From NCBI RefSeq assembly GCF_006345805.1, contig NC_043006.1, positions 23,374,001 to 23,438,000 on the forward strand: DNA of 64,000 bases, given 5' to 3'. The position numbers and the translations under genes were made by a program. Origin of the DNA: Octopus sinensis. Taxonomy: Eukaryota. The number at the start of each line of letters is the position of its first letter. Positions within the stretch are counted from its first letter, which is position 1. A model generated the notes under the pieces. That model saw nothing but the letters and a program-made list of their open reading frames with translations. It ran no database searches and was not told the origin of the DNA. This document shows, piece after piece, positions 11,913 through 24,798 of this stretch.

Positions 11913-12071
11913 TAATGTAAAAAATAAAATAAAGCTGAACCAAATTAACATCAAATATATAGTGCGTGTTTTTTATTGGCTAAACTGGCAACATGACCAT
12001 CCCTAAATACAACAATATATGTTTCAACACACGATTTCAGATCAAGAATCTTGCAAAACAAATATATAATC

Positions 12072-12134
<63 letters not shown>

Positions 12135-12592
12135 TCCCGCAAAGTTTCACGACCACAAGGACATTCTCCCTTTAAAACTCTTACTCCATATAGTCGCGAT
12201 CTGTATTAACAAGCGCTACAGTATGTATCTCACCCAATGAATATGGATAGTGCAACAATGAAGACGTAGTTTGCTTCCAGACCATCTATGTTTCAGCATG
12301 CAATTAGAATCTAGTGTCCATGAGGTTTCACGTGGAAGTACAAGAGTTGCATGTGCGCAATCAAGAGGAAATAACCCACATTTAATCAAACTAGACTGCA
12401 ATCTTATGTGAGAACGCATTAAAGTGAGCCACTCTCTTTCACGCAAGAGTATTCGATGTATTATCATATTCTGTGATGCACACATATATATCTACATTCA
12501 TAGATAGATAGACAGATAGATTGATAGATAGCTAGATACATACATACATACATACATACATACTTCCATACATACATACATACATACATACA

Positions 12593-12625
<33 letters not shown>

Positions 12626-12689
12626 GCATGCACACATAGACTTACGTACATGCCTGCATGCACATACTTAGATACATAATACTGATTTC

Positions 12690-12895
12690 TATTTTGAGCA
12701 CAAGGCCAGCAATTTTCGGGGAGTGGATAAGTCAATTACATCGAACCAAGCGCTCATTTGGTACTTATTTTATCGACCCCGAGAAGATGAAAAGCAAAGT
12801 CAACCCCGGCAGCATTTGAACTTAGAATGTAACGCCTGAAGGAATGTCACAAAGCATATTTATCTGGAATGCTAAAGATTCTGCTAGCTCACCGG
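12690..12895 (-). mobile_element. SINE family B
   Basis: ggtacttattttatcgaccccgag...gcaaagtcaaccccggc...tctgctagctcacc. Confidence 0.75.
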
Positions 12896-12904
12896 TTACA
12901 TGCA

Positions 12905-13198
12905 AGTTGTTTGTTCCTTCTCAAGCCATGCCTGGCTCATAATGGGCCGGTTTCTCAGTTCCATTGGCGTATGGGTTCCCCACTCGGATGGGACGCTAGT
13001 CCATCGCAGGTGAGCTGCTAGATGCAGGAGGAAAGAGTGAGAGAAAGTTGTGGCGAAAGAGTCTGCAGAAGTTCGCTGGAGCCGCGTGGAGCTTAGGTGT
13101 TTTGCTCATAAACACATACATCGCCCGGTCTGAAATTCGAACCCGCGATCCCTCGACCGCGAGTCCGCTGCTCTAACCACTAGGCCATGTGCCTCCAC
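12905..13198 (-). mobile_element. tRNA-derived SINE (tRNA-Arg-like head)
   Basis: Minus strand gtggaggcacatggcctagtggttagagcagcggactcgcggtcgagggatcgcgggttcgaa has clear A and B boxes followed by a non-tRNA body; relative at 54790-55015. Confidence 0.8.
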
Positions 13199-13579
13199 GG
13201 TTATATACATGCAACAGCAGCCATAATCCGAAAAGAAGAACAAGTCAACATCATCGGTAACTACTAAGCCGCAGGTTTTATGTCGGAGTTATCCCAGTTA
13301 CCTGAGTTACCTTCTCCTACATACATACATACATACATACACACACATACATACATACATACATACATACATACACATACATATATACATACATACATAC
13401 ATACACACATACATACATACATACATACATACATACATACACACACATACATATATACATACATACATACATACATACACACATACATACATACATACAT
13501 ACATACATACATACATACATACATACATACATACATACATACACACACACATACATACATACATACATACATACATACA

Positions 13580-14105
13580 AAGACGAAAATCAAATCAAAT
13601 AGCGAAGAATATATAGAGATTGAAGGCTCAGAGGAATACTGATGGAACCTAGAAATTAGAAATTGTCATTATATTAAAACTCAGCCAGCTTGATACTGTT
13701 GCTTGAGACCACATATTAAAAACATACCCTGTCGTAGAAATCAGCTGCACACTTGATGTTAATGTAGTAAAAAAGTGCAAGGGAAGGAAGGTACGTTGAT
13801 TGGAAATTTGTAGATCCAGGATCCTAGATACACGTTCAGCTTCATACATGTTGTTGTTGGAGCTACCGGTTACAAACCAAACCACCTGGATCAAATGTAA
13901 CTGAATTTAGGTTTCTGGAGAAAGACGAAGTTCCTTAATTCATAAGCCAGAAATGGCCGCGATGTCTGGAACCTTCAAAATTTGTAAAACGTTCTTACGA
14001 TTAGAAGTATGAATACTTATACAAGAAACGACACTTTCCTTTTCTTTACAACCTTGCCACCGGTAAGGCGGTCGGTCAAAAATAAACTAAAAATTAAGAG
14101 AAAGA
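13580..14105 (+). mobile_element. REL-endonuclease non-LTR retrotransposon 3' fragment (CRE-like)
   Basis: Reads EYIEIEGSEEY*WN...VVEISCTLDVNVVKK...SGTFKICKTFLR; (TACA)n on both sides. Confidence 0.7.
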
Positions 14106-14120
14106 GTATACATACATACA

Positions 14121-14152
<32 letters not shown>

Positions 14153-14159
14153 CATACAT

Positions 14160-14605
14160 ACATGGTGGCTGCCCCCTCGTTATTGAGTATGGCCATTGTA
14201 CAAAGCTTAATCAATGTTGTTATCGTGCAATGCCTGTGCAAGAAGATTTTTTTTAATTGGGGAAAGGCTGTGCACTGAGTCAATCCCACTCACTAAGCAA
14301 CAGCAGCCATAATCCGAAAAGAAGAACAAGTCAACATCATCGGTAACCACTGAGCCGCAAGTTTTATGTCGGAGTTATCCCAGTTACCTGAGTTACCTTC
14401 TCCTAGAAGGATGTCCTAACAAAGGCTAGGAGTCCTTCACTCCCAATGGTTTAACCGCGCGATCGGGTATTCAGTCCGATTATTTCTATGTTCCCGCGCA
14501 TAATACAGCCTTAAGACATTTATTAGATGGCCGTTGACTCTCAAGAGTTCCTCCGCCCTTTGACAGGTTTTGTTTTTCATCCCGCAGTGAGGAGGGTGTT
14601 TATTG
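14160..14605 (-). mobile_element. RTE-related retroposon fragment; 14297-14406 duplicated at 13211-13319
   Basis: ccttctcctag...aaggctagg resembles RTE 5' UTR-type sequence; the near-identical duplicate of about 108 bp is visible directly. Confidence 0.5.
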
Positions 14606-14913
14606 GACACATACATACATACATACATACATACATACATACATACATAAAACTAATACTCGCAGCTTTCTAACAGGGTCTATAGTAGACTTGCGGATGA
14701 AGACTAGAGGTACAAGATCAGTCCAGCCGGCCCGTAAATACCACATCCTACCACTCGGATAATGCATACGAAGGAGTACAGGAGAAACGAGTTTACAAGA
14801 TGTGTATTTTAAAAGGAAAATAGCAACAGGCTTCACGCGGGTATATAATCTATTAATATATAAACATAGAGTCTTCTGTGGTGTTCCAATGAATTTCGAG
14901 ATATTCTCTTTAA

Positions 14914-15354
14914 TCCTTTGAACTCGCGAGTACATTTTAGAGGCGGCGAGCTGGCAGAAACGTTAGCACGCCGGGCGAAATGCCTAGCGGTATTTCGTCC
15001 GCCGCTGCGTTCTGAGTTCAAATTCTGCCGAGGTCGACTTTGCCTTTCATCCTTTCGGGGTCGATAAATTAAGTACCAGTTACGCACTGGGGTCGATATA
15101 ATCGACTTAACCCGTCTGTCCTTGTTTGTCCCCTCTGTGTTTAGCCCCTTGTGGGTAGTAAAGAAATATATATAACCATGAAAAACGCAAAAGCGGGCGA
15201 CCTCATGGTTTTATATTCATGGCTCGCTAATTAGCAGAAACATCGTTATTTTCAACCGTAAACATAAGACTTTGCGGCCACCCACTTTTGTAACTTCCAG
15301 TAGGTATGGTCAAACGAAATCGCCCCGCAAAAACCTACCCGTGAGTGCAAAGAG
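14914..15354. mobile_element. piggyBac-like MITE interrupted by a SINE
   Basis: TTAA at 14910-13 and 15355-58; imperfect TIRs tcctttgaactcgcgagta / tacccgtgagtgcaaagag. Confidence 0.65.
14942..15168 (+). mobile_element. SINE family B, young full-length copy
   Basis: ggcggcgagctggcagaaacg...gagttcaaattc (B-box)...gtcgataaattaagtaccag...tagtaaagaaat. Confidence 0.88.
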
Positions 15355-15986
15355 TTAACGGAACACTAATTATCCCTGTGTCCTATTTTCCCCCTTTCTT
15401 CCTCACCCTACACTATCTTCTTCGTTTTCCTCCTTTAATTGTTTTTTTACTTTCCCGTCACTCCACCGAATCTCCACTTGCCCAGCTTTTGTATTAATGT
15501 TACAAGGTGGTGGTGGTGGTGGAGGTTGATGGTGATAGTGGTAGAAGCGGGGGGAGTGAGTGTTGGCGGCGGCAGTGGAGGAGGGGGCAGCAGCGGGGGA
15601 GGCGGCGGCGGCGGCAGTGGAAGTGGAGGCGACGGAGGACGTGGCGGTGGTCATCTTCATTGAGATGTTGATGGTGGTGGCGGTTGTGTCGTTCTATGTA
15701 TTATGTGCGGTCTGTATATTCGAAATGGAAACTAGTCGGCACCAATGAAATTATTTGTACCGAATAACCTGGAGCCAAGAAAGACTCAGGTAAGGGGGAC
15801 TTCTCAGAAGGATTCTAATCCACTTACAAGTAGTCAATCGTTAATCGTTAAATCAGCTTTTGGCTAAAGTCATGTTTTAATCTCGGGATCGTTGTCTGAT
15901 CGTGTGTGAGCTGGAGATTGAGAGAAACATATCAATGACGTCGCGCGCACGTACAACACACACACTCACACACACACACACACACA

Positions 15987-16019
<33 letters not shown>

Positions 16020-16033
16020 TACATACACACACA

Positions 16034-16070
<37 letters not shown>

Positions 16071-16844
16071 ACACACACACTCACACTGACACACCACACA
16101 CTCACACACACACACACGCACACACTCACACACACACACAAACACATACACACACACACTCACACTGACACACACACACACACACATACACACACTCACA
16201 CACACACGCACACACTCACACACTCACACACACACCACACACCCACACACACACACACACTCACGCTCATACACATACACCTATTCGCATACTCATTAAA
16301 AACACACGTTATTAACACACATGCACAGATACACACATACAAACACATCCACATATTAATACACATCTGATATCTGTAAGACCACATGTATACATGCACA
16401 TACACAGAAACTCGCACACATACATGTGTGTGTATTTATATCCCCTTCATACTCAATATAATCTAAATATTATAATGAATAGGTACGTATATGCATGTTT
16501 GTGTGTATGTGTTTGTATATATGCATGTCTTTTATGTGTGTGTGAGTGTGTGTGCGTGCGATGTGTGTGTGTATGAGTGTACCTGTGTGTGTGCATGCAT
16601 ATGTGTGAGTGTGTGTGTGTTGCGTTCATACACACTGCGACACAGTCACGTTCATGCCTCCGTATGGGTGAGCACCATTAAGTGCGTTGCTTAAAGCTTA
16701 AGACTGAATTATTCCAGTAAAATTCGTAAAACTTCCCGAAACTAATCTGATTTCATAAAAAAGCCACCTCGATTCAGTGACAGGCACTAAATCGTTAGTT
16801 TTGTTGTCCGTGTGTAAATACTCCATAACATGTGCGGTGTATGT

Positions 16845-16928
<84 letters not shown>

Positions 16929-17069
16929 TATTAGTGTCAAGGCTCCTACATTTTACTTATTTTATATTCAATAAGATAAAAAAATCGAAAAAAATGAAGA
17001 GATGTTTTTTGCTGTTTTTAGATTAAGCTAAATCTAACGTTTCGGTCTGTCCTCTTTCATCATGACTAA

Positions 17070-17456
17070 TACAACTTACTTAGGCTCAGCTTTGCTCTGA
17101 CGGTTGGTACAGACGGTGGGTGCAAGTGTAGTAGAATTTAATTTAATGCACAAGTTTCTGATGTGTTCTGTATTCGATTTTATTGTTCGGCACCTTAAGC
17201 AAATGTCTTTAAATAATACGTTTCTAATGAACTGCAGTCTTTGTTTGACATTTGGTAAATTGAAACTATATCTGTGTTTGGCTCGTAGACTTAATCCGAG
17301 CCTGGTTTAACACCTCTGCCTGGCTGTCTGTTGCGAACATTCGACTCCTCTGATCTGGAGTGAGCACCATATCTTGATGTGCTTCTACCAACTGCAGCAA
17401 TCCATCAGCTGATTATTATTCTCTATTTTCTCATCAATCCTTTTTCGGACACCCTG
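17070..17456 (-). mobile_element. Tc1/mariner-superfamily 5' fragment
   Basis: Minus strand begins cagggtgtccgaaaaa (TIR-like, cf. 34557) followed by atggtgctcactccagatcag. Confidence 0.45.
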
Positions 17457-17802
17457 TGAACGTTATGAGTCTTACCCATCATTCTCTCACTAAACAAGAA
17501 TACTTGTTTCAGCGAATACAAATGTTGCTGTTGAATAAGCAAAAAACATTTCCTACTTTAGTCAACTAAATCTTTTCCGGTGGAGACCGCTATGCAAAAC
17601 TTTAAGTCTTTTGTACTTCGAGATTCACTGATTTACTTTTTGTTCCAAATAATCATCTCCGAAAACTTTCGAAGCACAATGAAGAAATCAGAATGTACAG
17701 GTATGTATGTATGTATGTATGTATGTATGTATGTATGTATGTATGTATGTATGTATGTATGTATGTATGTATGTATGTATGTATATAAGTATGTGTGTGT
17801 GC

Positions 17803-17833
<31 letters not shown>

Positions 17834-17892
17834 TGTATGTATGTATGTATGTATGTATATAAGTATGTGTGTATGTATTTATGTATGTATGT

Positions 17893-18272
17893 TATTCAGT
17901 TTTATTTCAAGTTTTCTTGCCAATAGAGAAAGATCCGGTTTCTAACCAAGATCCAAGGATCCTTCATTGAAATTTCAACATCAACAGGGTATTTTTGTAT
18001 ATAGGTATGTATCAACTATATGTGAAGATTTGTATGTTTTGTTTTATATATGTATTCTCATGCATACAGTTGCATATATAGACATGCTCATATATACTTA
18101 TATGATAAACATCTAGAAAGTTTTACAGATTTTTACAGTTCCAGTGATGAATTGGATTTGTAGGCTTCAAATCAACTTTCTCCTTTCTGGTTTTGAGAAG
18201 CCCAATTTCTCAAGATTGGTATTTAGGCAGTGTCTCAATAATTACAGGTATAAAGCTGAATTTGTAATCACA
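17893..18272 (-). mobile_element. REL non-LTR retrotransposon 3' fragment (CRE-like)
   Basis: Minus strand reads DYKFSFIPVII...NLEKLGFSKPERRKLI*SLQIQFITGTVKICKTF; (TATG)n on both sides. Confidence 0.75.
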
Positions 18273-18951
18273 ATAGTTATGTATGTATGTATGCATGTAT
18301 GTATGTATGTATGCATGTATGCATGTATGCATGTATGCATGTATGTTGTGTATGTATGCATGTATGCATGTATGTGTGTGTGTATGTATGTATGTGTGTA
18401 TGTATGTATGTATGTATGTATGTATGTATGCATGTATGCATGTATGTATGTATGTTGTGTATTTATGAATGTATGTATGTATGTATGTATGTATGTATGT
18501 ATAGGAATACGTTTTGGTTCCAAGCAACTGGAAGTATTATTACTCACTCACACACTTCAACAATTACAGGAACAATATATATAGATGTTTGTACTATATG
18601 CATGTATTTGTGTATGTGTGTACGTGAAGCTATCATTTAAGAATATTCTCAGAGAAAATTACGACCTATGCTTCTCGGGTTTCGAAGTTTAATAAATAAA
18701 AAGTACTATTGCAAGGATTTCGAAAGAGCACCTGGCCGTTAAACACACACGCACACGCCCCCCCCCCCCCCACACACACACATGCACACACACACACACA
18801 CACACACACATGCACACACACACACACACACACCACACACACACACACATGAATATTAAAAACATCAAAGAACGGAGTTACCAAATTTCTTTATTTTGCT
18901 CAGTTTACAAACGTTTCGTCGATTTCCTTTATAGCTCAACCGAACTTGCAC

Positions 18952-19027
<76 letters not shown>

Positions 19028-19044
19028 TATATATATATATATAT

Positions 19045-19385
19045 TAAGACTATTCTGCAGAGACCTGAATAAGTGGAAATCCGAAGGAGCAATATCTGGT
19101 GAATATGGAGGATGGGGTAACACATCCCAGCCGAGCTGCAGCAATTTTTGTTTGGTTCCCAAAGCATCAAGTGCCGAAAATGAACTTTCTTATCTTCCAT
19201 TTTAAAGGGTTACAGAATTAACACAGGTTATAGGAACATAAGCCTTCTTCCACAAAAAGATAGCTTAAACAGTGCTCTAAATAGAGGTGTAATCAAATCC
19301 TATTTTATGGACTCAACCATGTTCTAAAATAAGTCGAAAGGTAAGCTACTATATAAATCGGCACGAACTTTCCGGACAACCCAAA
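19045..19385 (-). mobile_element. Mariner deletion derivative
   Basis: [35 protein letters not shown]; TIR-like ttgggttgtccggaaagttcg next to TA. Confidence 0.88.
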
Positions 19386-19509
19386 TATATATCACTTCTA
19401 GCAAGGTCATTTACTGCATCTCTTGCTTTTTCTGTCCTTCTCTGTACACCGGTCAAATGGGACACCGCTTGGCTGACCGGTTCGCGGAGCCCCTCCGAGA
19501 CATTAGTTT

Positions 19510-19710
19510 TGGTGACAAGGCCAGCAATTTCGGGTGGGAGGATTAGTCGATTGCAGTGACTCCTATATTCAATTGGCATTCATTTTCTCGGGACCGAAAT
19601 GCTGAAAGGCAAAATAGATTCAGGCGGCATTTGAACTCAGAACATAGAGTCGAAAGAAAAGCTGCTATGCACTTTTCCCTGCTCGGTAACGATTCTGCCA
19701 GCGCACCGCT
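19510..19710 (-). mobile_element. SINE family B, old
   Basis: aaggccagcaatttcgg...tgaaaggcaaa...atttgaactcagaac...gattctgccagc. Confidence 0.65.
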
Positions 19711-19786
19711 TAATATACATATACATATATATAAATATGCGCGCGCGCGTGTGAACGTTTGTGTGTGTGTGTGTGTATGTGTGTAA

Positions 19787-20295
19787 TCTATATATATAAA
19801 ACTGTAGTTGTGTGAGTGTCTGTCCCCTTCGATTTAGATTCCTAACTACTCCCACATTTTGCGGCGCGTTTGTAACAAATTCGGATATCTTATAGTCGTG
19901 ATTCATTCGAGCCCGTCTGAGTATTAGCGCGCGTCTACGATGAGTCTACGATTTTAAAATAATTAACATAATTTTTTATTCCATTTTAATGCATAATTTT
20001 TTCGTGTGTCGATGGCGGCGGAGTTGGCGTCCATGGTCACACCTGCACCTGTTTGCTTCTCCCCCTTCTTCCTCGCACGTGAAGCTGTGGGGAAGGGATG
20101 TAAGGAAATCAACGTCGTAAAGCGTTGTCAAGGAGACCAGCGTTCTTTTAGAACAACGACTTCATGGCTTGAAGACACCAAAACAGAAATGGCTAAGAAA
20201 GCCCGAATTGGCATCTATAAGGGAAGTTACTCTCTAAAAATGCTTATATAGTTATTTCCCTTACAAACCCGAGCAACGCCGGGCGATACTGCTAG
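19787..20295 (+). mobile_element. Non-autonomous Helitron, same family as 7895-8289
   Basis: 5' tctatatatataaaa; 3' acccgagcaacgccgggcgatactgCTAG; A/T site. Confidence 0.9.
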
Positions 20296-20884
20296 TTTAT
20301 AAATAAAACTTTCACTTCGTGCTATTTTCTCACACATGGTTGTCCCGTCTCTGCCGTTCGTGAAGGGACAAACTTTATAAATATATGTATACATAAATCT
20401 GACTTTACAAACAAATCTAATAATGAATTAATGAATAAATAGACAAAAACGCGAACATATATATATATATTGTGAGTGAATACTTGAAGTAATGTCTGTG
20501 CTTACTTAAGCTGTGTGTGCTTGGTGAGCGCTGTTTAACTGAACGTAAAACTTCAATAAACCAGCATTTTCGGTAACGGTTCGTAAGTAAGGTTAATAGA
20601 AATAAGATGAATGACACATGTTCCTTTTCATTCTGAACGCGGTGCACTTCCATGCACATATGCAACACAGTTGGACACCGACTCAGCATATAACATACAT
20701 ATATTGTTGATCTGATATTTTGACCTGCTGTTTTTACAAAACGGTGGCCATCTTGATTGGAAATATAGCTTGAATTGTTTTATGTATATATATATATATA
20801 TATATATATACATACATACACACATACACATAGATCCAAACAAGTTTATATACATATCTATCTGTCTTTCTATCTATCTATCAC

Positions 20885-20930
<46 letters not shown>

Positions 20931-21019
20931 TTATCTATCTATCAATCTATCTATCTATCTATCTATCTATTTATTTATCTATCTATCTATTTATCTATCA
21001 ATCTATTTATTTATCTATC

Positions 21020-21099
<80 letters not shown>

Positions 21100-21419
21100 A
21101 TACACGCACGCACGCACACACACATACACACATACATACACACATTAGAAAGACAGAAAAGTTTTAATATCGTTAGCAGAATGTTAGCGGTACGTCTGCT
21201 GTAAATCGTATCGCTGTGATAACCACTCACCAAAGCGACATTACAACCTTTGCCCTTCGAAATTAATAGACTTAAACAAATTAGGTATGATCAGATGCAA
21301 GTATATATATGTGTGAGTGTGTATATATACACTCAAATATATACATATATATGTGCATATACGTATGTATGTGTATACGTGTGTGTATGTATGTGTGTGT
21401 ATGTATATATATATATATA

Positions 21420-21606
21420 TACCGGAGTAAACACATAAATGTGAAACAAGGTGGATAGAAGAGTACTCAAATACCAGTGGTAGAGTAATATGCTTTATTC
21501 AAAAGCAGCAGAAAATTCAACAAAACCTGTTACTCTGAGTTTCACGTTCCCGTTCGTCGGACAGTTTTTGGTAGCAAATTTTCTGCTGCTTTTGAATAAA
21601 GTATAT
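21420..21606 (-). mobile_element. PLE pLTR fragment with 30-bp inverted repeat
   Basis: atatgctttattcaaaagcagcagaaaatt (21489-21518) is inverted at about 21577-21606 and brackets a hammerhead fold. Confidence 0.6.
21527..21564 (-). ncRNA. Minimal type I hammerhead ribozyme fold (U4C core variant)
   Basis: CUGU-CCGACGA-ACG-GGAA-CGU-GAAA-CUC-A-GAG-UA-ACAG: all three stems pair; GUA triplet. Confidence 0.7.
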
Positions 21607-21756
21607 ATATATATATATATATCACAATCAAGGAACGGCCATAATAGGCCATTCACCCACTAGAAATAACAGCCAAGCTGATGTATATATTTTTTCCCAC
21701 TAGGCCGCTGGTGCAAAAAAAAAAATTCTACCGAATTTTTTGCCACCCTATATTGA

Positions 21757-21795
<39 letters not shown>

Positions 21796-22361
21796 GTATA
21801 TGTGTATGTGTTTGTGTGTGTGTGTGTGTTATATTATAAAAAACAATTTTACATGAAACTGAAGGACTTCACAACTTTTTATGGACTACATATTCTTTAA
21901 CAAGAAGAATGTTGATAGTATCTTCTAATGTTCGGTCTGCTTAACTTTCATCGAATTGTATACATACACACAGACACCACAAACACACACAAACATACAT
22001 ATATTGTTATGTACAAATATGTAAATATATATATGTGTGTGCTTCTCTGTTTTCATATATATCTATATTACTTATAGATACACAAATTGTGTTTTAGTAT
22101 CTTTGCCTTCTTTGCTCTCCATAATAGAATCGTATACACCATGTCATGTTATGTTCTCAAACAAGACAGCTTCCACTTCTGAAAGCAACAGGTCAGAATT
22201 GCAGATGAAAAAATATTCTCTTTTATGGTTTATCGATGACAAACAATATTGCATAAATGCATTGATGCACATTGCTTTCCGATGGAAAGAAATGTGTGAC
22301 ATCTGTTTTCTAGTAACCTTATAAAATACTCGTATATATATATATATATATATATATGTGT

Positions 22362-22405
<44 letters not shown>

Positions 22406-22577
22406 TGTATATGTATGTATATGTATGCATGTATTTATATGTAAATAAATATATATATATACATTTACGCCCATACAAATATTACATTTATTACATACTA
22501 CATACATATATACACACATACATAATACAGATATATAACATACATGATACATACATACATACATACTGATATATCTA

Positions 22578-22612
<35 letters not shown>

Positions 22613-22649
22613 GCATATATATATATATATTCTTTTTTATTCTTTTTTT

Positions 22650-23015
22650 TTTCTTTTTACTTGTTTCGGCCATTTGACTGCGGCCAGGCTGGAGTACCGC
22701 TTTTAGTCGACAGCAGGACCTATTCTTTGTAAGCCTAGTACTTATTCTATCGGCCTCTTTTGCCGAACAGCTAGTTTATGGGGACATAAACACACTGACA
22801 TCGGTCGTCAAGCGATGGTCGGGGGACAAACACAGACACACAAATACGTATATACGATGGGATTCTTTCAGTTTCCGTGTACCAAATCCACTCACAAGGC
22901 TTTGGTCAGCCCGAGGCTTGCCCAAGATGCTTGCCCAAGGTGCCAGGCAGTGTGACTGAACCCGGAATCATGTGGCTGAGAAGTAAGCTTCTTCCACAAA
23001 GCCAATCCTGCGCCT
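22650..23015 (-). mobile_element. SINE family A
   Basis: Matches 2870-3271. Confidence 0.85.
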
Positions 23016-23033
23016 ATATGTATATATACATAT

Positions 23034-23072
<39 letters not shown>

Positions 23073-23085
23073 ATATATATATATA

Positions 23086-23174
23086 TATACAATAATATGT
23101 TATATTACTCGATAGTCAAGATAAAACTCAAAGTTTTATCTTGACTATCGAGTAATGTAACATATTATTGTATA
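23086..23174. repeat. Near-perfect palindrome, 43-bp arms, 3-nt loop
   Basis: tatacaataatatgttatattactcgatagtcaagataaaact-caa-agttttatcttgactatcgagtaatgtaacatattattgtata; one mismatch. Confidence 0.95.
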
Positions 23175-23247
23175 GATAAATTTCCTCTATTTACATATAT
23201 TGAGGTCTCTTTCTTTCTTTTGTTATCTTACCGTTTTACCAATATAC

Positions 23248-23293
<46 letters not shown>

Positions 23294-23315
23294 AAACGAA
23301 GTGTATATGTGTATA

Positions 23316-23369
<54 letters not shown>

Positions 23370-23384
23370 TATATAATACATATA

Positions 23385-24030
23385 CACTGCGTTTCAAATC
23401 ACTAAAGGGCGACATTTGTTTTATTTTGTTTTGTTTTTTGTTTTTTTTTCAAAAATACTCGTTGGAATTCAACGAAATTTCCACAGAATTATGGCAAGTT
23501 ATATGCCCGTCATATGTAAAAATCGTGAATTTTTTCGGAAGTGTAAGCAAACCACGGCCATTTGCAATATTTCCACGAAATTTCAGTGTCCAAATTATTA
23601 ACGAATGGTCTGATAATCTTGTAATTATGGGTCGTAAATGTGACTTCAGTGCTTCACAGAAATCTATTTCTGCTGAACTTTCAAAATCTAAATCAAAATT
23701 AGAAATATCTAAAATAATTGGAATATATCACCAAACAGTGAAAAAATTTGCTACAGCTCCTACGAAGATACGTAAGAGAGCCGACAAGGGTCAGTCGAGG
23801 GCATTTCTTAACGCTCTCTGTCACGAAGTAAGCGTGAAACTATAAAGAAGCTAGGTCTTACAAGTGGAGAACATTTTAAGCGCATTGGCAAAAAAAAAAC
23901 TGTGTCCAGAACTACCCGATGTCATCTTCTGAAAAAGGTCAATAAACCAATGACATCAATTAAAAGGCCTCCTTTATAAAAACAATACACATACAAAATC
24001 GTCTGAAATGAAGGTCGACTTTTCAAAAAC
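23385..24030 (+). mobile_element. Tc1-like transposon 5' fragment
   Basis: ta-cactgc start; MGRKCDFSASQKSISAELSKSKSKLEISKIIGIYHQTVKKF...RKRADKG, a Tc1 paired-type HTH. Confidence 0.75.
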
Positions 24031-24039
24031 TTGTCACTA

Positions 24040-24798
24040 GGCTAGGCTACGGCAAATTTACTTGTCTCTAGGCTAAACCAATGATAACCATTCCCAGTTC
24101 TGTAGTTTATTTATGAATGCATGGTTAATAAAAAACCATGTGTGCTAAAATCTTGTCCTTATTATGTACAATCGTCGATACAGTTGCCCGACTCATCCCA
24201 AAAGATCCTGCAATTGCTACCACTTTTTCACCTTTTTCATGGCGTTTTATCATGGCCAGTATATCTTCCAGCTTTATAGCATGACGCTTAGCACTTACAC
24301 TATGAATTTTTTTAGGAGTCATGGAGGCAAAAAATAAAGTCACAAATGAATGAGAATGAGAAAGTAGCCGATTAATAGACGTGAACAAATCTGAAGCCAA
24401 AACAATCGCGGGAATCACGAGTGACAACGACGCCTAACGGTAGATATTGGAACTACAGTGCAATATGAGCTCCGAAACACCGATGAATAAGACAACACAA
24501 CTGATTTCATGATTTCGCTCACTAAGCTACATTACTTTATGGTGTGTATCTTAACATTTACTGTACGTATTTTAATAAGATTTTTATTGCTTTTATTCTT
24601 ATTTATTTCTAGTAACATGATTTTATGTGCTTTTAATGGTTTTCTAGTGATTTTACGATTCCAAAATTTGTGGCAGACAGACGTAAAGTCGGGTAAAATG
24701 ACTTAACTTGATTTTTATTTTTCTATATATTATTTTTGAAAACCGACTTATAATCGGGAACGACTTAAATCGAAGCGCCTTAAGACGAGGTATGCCTG
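24040..24798 (-). mobile_element. Tigger/pogo transposon 5' fragment
   Basis: TA-caggcatacctcg TIR at 24798; KRHAIKLEDILAMIKRHEKGEKVVAIAGSFGMSRATVSTIVHNKDKI, a CENP-B-type HTH; inner boundary approximate. Confidence 0.82.

Noticed and set aside
12216-12485. 89-aa non-repetitive minus-strand ORF
   Set aside because: No recognisable motif or splice context; possibly part of a retroposon ending at the (TTA)n near 12072-12133.
13125-13198. tRNA-Arg gene on the minus strand
   Set aside because: Has A and B boxes but no convincing acceptor stem or terminator, and continues into a SINE body.
13264-13642. [12 protein letters not shown]-type ORFs here and throughout the track
   Set aside because: Translations of (TACA)n, (TA)n, (CA)n and (GATA)n microsatellites.
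16740-16756. taatctgattt paired-homeodomain (P3/RCSI-like) site, and ggattctaatcc near 15810
   Set aside because: Short AT-rich motifs are expected by chance; no gene context.
20470-20780. Solo LTR candidate (tgtgag start, aataaa)
   Set aside because: No matching CA end, TSD or second copy identified.
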